This document shows positions 52,270 to 57,084 of a DNA stretch of 57,084 nt, in pieces; the first letter of the stretch is position 1; the number at the start of each line of letters is the position of its first letter. Source of the DNA: an uncultured Chroococcidiopsis sp. (GTDB lineage: Bacteria > Cyanobacteriota > Cyanobacteriia > Cyanobacteriales > Chroococcidiopsidaceae). The stretch spans positions 1 to 57,084 of the forward strand of contig CAXTYC010000034.1 in assembly GCA_964248365.1 (NCBI GenBank). Direction: 5' to 3'. The notes beneath the pieces are model-generated. The model worked only from the letters and a program-made list of their open reading frames with translations. It was not told the DNA's origin and made no database searches. The position numbers and the translations under genes were made by a program.

Positions 52270-52911
52270 CTTGCGATCATCCAGCGTTACTAATTTTTCC
52301 GCCGTGACGCTGGAAGCAACAACGTAGGATTTGTCTAAGACCAGAGCAAGTAATTCACCCGATTCTTCAATCCATCCTTGCAAGGGGTTCGGGCGCATTG
52401 GAGAACGAAACAAGCAAGAACATTGAAAACCAAATTCATTCATTACTTGCTCATAACCTTTTACCAACTTCTGTGGACCCTCTGCCAGTAGCCCATGACC
52501 ACTAGCAATCAGTTGTACTAACGGGAGGTTTCTATTGAAATAGCGCTCGAAAGGAATCCATTGATGTACCAATTGTATATGTTTCTCATAAAGCTTTCCT
52601 ACTACAGTCCAAGCATCTGCAATCTCAACTATGCTTCTAAAAGTTAGTGATGCTACAGGTTGGGTGTAAGACCAAAGCAGTACATGATCATCTAGTAGCT
52701 TTAAATATCCGTCACTACCAAGAACAATTTGATGCGTTCGTTCTTCGTGACAGATGAGCTTCCAAAACTGAGTTTGTTCGTTTTATACTCCACAGTAGAG
52801 TTGGATTACCAATTCTAAATCTACCTCTCTCCTTACGGCTGAAATAATAGATAGCGATCCATACTCCTCAAATTCCCAATTTTCTTTAATTTTAAATAAT
52901 TCAGCTAGCAT
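52264..52911 (-). pseudogene. ~215-codon hypothetical gene broken by one in-frame TAA (52783-52785)
   Basis: Manual translation MLAELFKIKENWEFEEYG...QLYCGV*NEQTQFWKLICHEERTHQ...LLDDHVLLWSY...HQWIPFERYFN...; ORF track shows only the last 102 aa. Confidence 0.7.
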
Positions 52912-53100
52912 TTTGCCCGTTTATAGTTGCTACGCACAAGTTTAATCTTGCGCGTTTTATTGTGGTTGGTCTAGCTATTTATGATGCGGCTGGGTGCAGC
53001 CTAGTACGCTTGTTTGTCATACTATCTCAGCTAAAACGGTAATTGTAAGATTGAGAAGCGATCGCTTGCTCTGATTCCACCGTCGATTAAAAATGCACTC

Positions 53101-53970
53101 ATGCTAAAAAAATTACTATTGCGATCTGTATTACCTGTTGGTGCGATCGCAGTTATCCTCTACGCATCTGCCTGTCTATATCTTTTCTTCCAGCAAACTC
53201 GCTTTATCTTCTTTCCCTCGTCTGTAATTGAAACCACACCAGAGTTTTTCAATCTCGACTACCAAGAGGTGTGGTTGCCTGTGAAAACTCTTTCAGGCAA
53301 GGTTGAACGTATGCATGGTTGGTGGATACCTGCATCTAAACCAAATGCTCTTGTGTTGCTGTATTTACACGGTAATGGGGTAAATATTGGTGCGAATGTT
53401 GCTCATGCTAACCGCTTTCATAGGTTAGGTTTTTCCGTCTTACTTCCTGATTATCGTGGTTATGGACGTAGTGAGGGCAGCTTTCCAACGGAAGCAACTG
53501 TATATCAAGATGCGGCTGTTGCTTGGGATTATCTCGTGCAGGAAAGAAAGATACAACCTAGCCAAATTTTTATTTATGGACATTCTCTAGGCGGTGCAGT
53601 TGCGATTGATTTAGCAGTAAAACACCCTGATGCAGCTGGATTAATTGTAGAAAGCTCATTTACTTCGATTCGGGACATTGTAGATTATCAAAATGTATAT
53701 AGAATTTTTCCCGTCGATTTAATTCTACATCAGCGGTTTGACTCAATTAAGAAAGTGCCAGCATTACAAATGCCAGTTTTATTTATTCACGGAAGGGCTG
53801 ATTTAAGAGTGCCAGCTACTATGAGTCAACAACTTTATGATGCTGCACCCCAACCGAAACAATTGGTTTTGATTCCAGATGCTGGTCATAATAATACAGC
53901 AGAAGTTGCGGGTGTAAAATATTTTCAGGTGATACAAAAGTTTGTCCAGCAGGTTATAAAGTCAGAATAA
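53101..53970 (+). CDS. Alpha/beta hydrolase with N-terminal TM anchor (BEM46/ABHD13-like)
   Basis: LHGNG, DYRGYG, GHSLGG, HGRAD, AGHN. Confidence 0.92.
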   Translation: MLKKLLLRSVLPVGAIAVILYASACLYLFFQQTRFIFFPSSVIETTPEFFNLDYQEVWLPVKTLSGKVERMHGWWIPASKPNALVLLYLHGNGVNIGANVAHANRFHRLGFSVLLPDYRGYGRSEGSFPTEATVYQDAAVAWDYLVQERKIQPSQIFIYGHSLGGAVAIDLAVKHPDAAGLIVESSFTSIRDIVDYQNVYRIFPVDLILHQRFDSIKKVPALQMPVLFIHGRADLRVPATMSQQLYDAAPQPKQLVLIPDAGHNNTAEVAGVKYFQVIQKFVQQVIKSE

Positions 53971-54007
53971 TTCGGAATTAACAATTTTCTAGATGGAGTA
54001 GGAAAAA

Positions 54008-54658
54008 ATGCAATTACAACTGAATCAGCTAGACGTTCAGCCAGGACAAAGGGTACTTCTAAAAAATATTAGTTGGGATGAGTTTGAGCAGATTCTAGAC
54101 GAGTTGGGTGAGTCTCGTGCTTCCCGACTTGCATACTATAAAGGAGTGCTTGAAATTATGGTTCCGTTAGCTGGACACGAAGATGGTAAGGAAATTATTG
54201 GGGATTTGGTGAAAATATTACTCGAAAAACTCGACATCGAATTTAGAAGCTTGGGTTCCACTACCTTTAAAAGACGAGACATGGCTAGTGGTGTAGAACC
54301 TGACGCTTGTTTTTATATTCAAAATGAAGCTGAAATTAGAGGTAAGGAAAAGATAGATCTTAATTTCGATCCGCCGCCTGATTTAGCGATTGAGATTGAT
54401 ATTACTAGTAAATCAGAAATCAAGAAGAATAGCTATCAAGCATTAGGTGTGGGTGAACTTTGGATTTATGATGGGCGATCGCTCACTATCAATCTTCTAC
54501 AAAATAGCCAATATATTAAGTCTAATACTAGCCAAATCTTCCCCAATCTACCAATTATTGATGTGATTCACCGTTATGTTGCACAAAGTAAAGTGGAGGG
54601 AAGAAACGTGGCAATCAAGGCTTTTCGTGCTTGGGTTGGGGAACAGTTGGGACTTTAA
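54008..54658 (+). CDS. Uma2-family putative restriction endonuclease
   Basis: ISWDEFE, GSTTF, EPDACFY, PPPDLAIEIDITS, LGVGELWIYD. Confidence 0.92.
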   Translation: MQLQLNQLDVQPGQRVLLKNISWDEFEQILDELGESRASRLAYYKGVLEIMVPLAGHEDGKEIIGDLVKILLEKLDIEFRSLGSTTFKRRDMASGVEPDACFYIQNEAEIRGKEKIDLNFDPPPDLAIEIDITSKSEIKKNSYQALGVGELWIYDGRSLTINLLQNSQYIKSNTSQIFPNLPIIDVIHRYVAQSKVEGRNVAIKAFRAWVGEQLGL

Positions 54659-54751
54659 GGCGGCTTGTTACAAACCCTTACAAGTTTACGCAATCATACC
54701 CAAGCTTAGAATTATACTCGTAGTCAACACAATTAGACAGACGCAGGTATT

Positions 54752-57084
54752 ATGGTGGACTGGTTAGCTGTCTGGGGAGTTTATACTGTTGCTGGGTTTG
54801 TGTTTAAAGATGTTCTGACTCCCTTAGCAAAAGGCGCTTTAGAGGACTACGTTAAAGATTTTTTTAAAGACTCCATTAAGGAGTTTACAGGACTATTGGA
54901 TAAAAATACCCTGCAAACGGCAGTTGGAAAAGCTCTCAAGGAATTTTTACAACTGATGCAGCAGGAATTAGAAGATGCAGATTTTACCTTAGAAAAATTA
55001 CAGTCGTATACAAAACCATTAATCATTTTTATTAATAATAAGTCTGTTAAAGAGATACTGGGAAGCGCCTTTAAATACGACTACCAACTTATAGATACAA
55101 AGACATTATATCAAATTTGGTATCAGCTTAAATTGTTAGAGCTACCAAACGATTTTGATTGGGAAAAGGTTGGCAAGCGTTATATCAAAAAGGTTAAAGC
55201 TATCATCCGAGAATCAGATGAATTACGCTCTATCCTTGACTCACAAAATTTGGAAGAAATTCAGCAAAACACAAAACTTCTGGCTGGAATAGTACCGGAA
55301 TTTGACTTAAAGCGATATCAGGAAGCGATTCAAGAGCGATACGGCAATCTTAATTTACAAAGTTTAGATACGAGTGGTTATGCCTACAATGAACTGAAGT
55401 TATGGCGAATATTTATAGCACAAAATGTGCAAGAAGTCCACGAATTACCGCAACATGAATTGCCTAAAGAATATCAGAGACGACTGAAAGAAAGTAACCA
55501 GTTAGAGGCAGAAATTACTCAAGAGGAGTTGGAACGATATCAGCGAATTTATTTTGAACAGCCAACTCGCTCAGTATTAGATATAGTCAATGATTATCAA
55601 AATTATAAATACTTAGTGTTTTTAGGCGATCCTGGTTCGGGAAAGTCTACCCTACTGCAATACCTAGCATTGATTTGGGCAGAATCACCGCTCAATAATG
55701 CGATCGCACTACCAATTCCTTTACTGATTGAATTACGCACCTATGTGCGGAATAAGTGTAATAATTTTTTAGATTTTTTCCACCAAAGTCCTAGTTCAAT
55801 TTATCATCTCAATCAACATCAACTGCACGAACAGCTAAAGGCTGGTAATGTTGTAGTCATGTTTGATGGTTTAGATGAGGTATTCGATCCAGATAAACGA
55901 GAGGATGTCATTACAGGTATTCATCGCTTTACCAATGATTATCCGAATGCGCGGGTAATCGTCACTTCTCGCACGATTGGCTACAAGCCGCAACGGTTGC
56001 GAGATGCACAATTTCGGCACTTGATGCTGCAAGATTTAGAGATAGAACAAATTAGGGATTTTGTTTATCGATGGCATGAGTTAACTTTTAAAGATGAGGT
56101 TGACAAAGTTAGAAAAAGAGAGCGACTGCAAACAGCAATTGACACATCTTCATCAATTCGGGAACTAGCGGGAAATCCCCTACTGCTGACAATGATGGCG
56201 ATTCTTAATCGTAACCAAGAACTGCCAAGAGATAGACCAGAACTTTATAACCAAGCATCGCGGGTACTTCTACATCAATGGGATGTGGAACGAGTTTTGA
56301 TTGAAGATCAAAGGCTAGATCCTAAAACTATTGACTACAAAGATAAGCAGGCGATGCTGCGTCAAGTTGCTTATTATATGCAAGCTAATGAGAAAGGTTT
56401 GTCTGGCAATTTGATCGGTGCAGATGATTTAGAAAAGATTCTGACTGATTATTTGAAAAGTATAGAAGTTAATGAAGCTAGAGCCGTTGCTAGGTTGATG
56501 ATTAATCAACTGCGGACTCGCAATTTTATTTTATGTTTTTTGGGTGCGGATTACTATGCCTTTGTGCATCGGACTTTTTTGGAATATTTCTGTGCTTGGG
56601 AGTTTGTCTGGCAATTTGAGAAGGAACGCAAGATTTCGCTCTTAGAGTTGAAAATTGAAGTTTTTGGCAAGCACTGGCAGGATAAAACTTGGCATGAAGT
56701 TTTGCGGCTAATTGCGGGAATGATTGAGCCAAAGTTTGTGGGAGAAATAATTGATTATCTCATTGAGTAAAATAATAGCGCCAAAGGGAAATCTACCAAC
56801 CTGTTGTCAGCCGCAGATTGCCTTTCTGAAGTGAGGAATAAAATTGCGATCGCACCAACGGCTGCAAGATTGCTTGAGTATTTGAAAGACATAGTAAAAA
56901 ATAAGTTAGATAGTGAAACTGCTCCCAAGGTAGTTGCAGCGATCGCAACGAATTGGAAAGATGACCCTGAGACTTTGCCTTGGCTCAAAACCTGTATTCG
57001 ATTTAATACAAACTTTTTTATACCACGCTCAGCAGTGAAAGAATTAGCCCAAGGGTGGAAAGATGAACCCGATACTCTACCCAT
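54752..57084 (+). pseudogene. NACHT NTPase with HEAT repeats, interrupted by an in-frame TAA at 56768-56770; runs off the window end
   Basis: GDPGSGKST, FDGLDE, VTSR, NPLLL, FVHRTFLEYF; frame stays open after the stop: NLLSAADCLSEVRN...WKDDPETLPWLK...AVKELAQGWKDEPDTLP. Confidence 0.8.

Noticed and set aside
52783..56770. Shared programmed TAA read-through or recoding in two nearby genes
   Set aside because: TAA is the normal stop of many core genes here; independent nonsense mutations or errors are simpler.
56755..57084. 109 aa minus-strand ORF
   Set aside because: Shadow of the HEAT-repeat continuation of the NACHT gene.

Overview
Cyanobacterial chromosomal window. HIP1 (GCGATCGC) is abundant, as are heptamer/octamer tandem repeats and small palindromic dispersed repeats of the kind seen in Nostocales/Chroococcidiopsis-like genomes. 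Core genes: DinG-like helicase, recA, xseAB, nurA, tRNA-Gln, ycf45, ldpA, ndhN, the large ribosomal protein cluster (rplC to rpmE-prfA, including secY, adk, infA, rpoA and truA), ABC-F, gpmI, secG, topA and gatA. Three accessory patches interrupt them. (1) prfA to ABC-F (31.6-36.4 kb): an Rpn/DUF2887 gene, a tandemly duplicated XRE-repressor/divergent-gene module with operator-like palindromes, a TetR/CMD pair and an orphan DUF2281-like gene, with module junctions marked by short direct repeats ending in HIP1. (2) A DUF6745-like gene pair with a multi-palindrome element between the two genes (42.9-44.6 kb). (3) Downstream of gatA, two integron attC-like sites closing a nonsense-interrupted ORF and a DUF6888/DUF6887-like pair (possible CALIN). 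A NACHT-HEAT (NLR-like) gene at the right end carries a single in-frame TAA. Family names come from recalled sequence motifs, not database searches.
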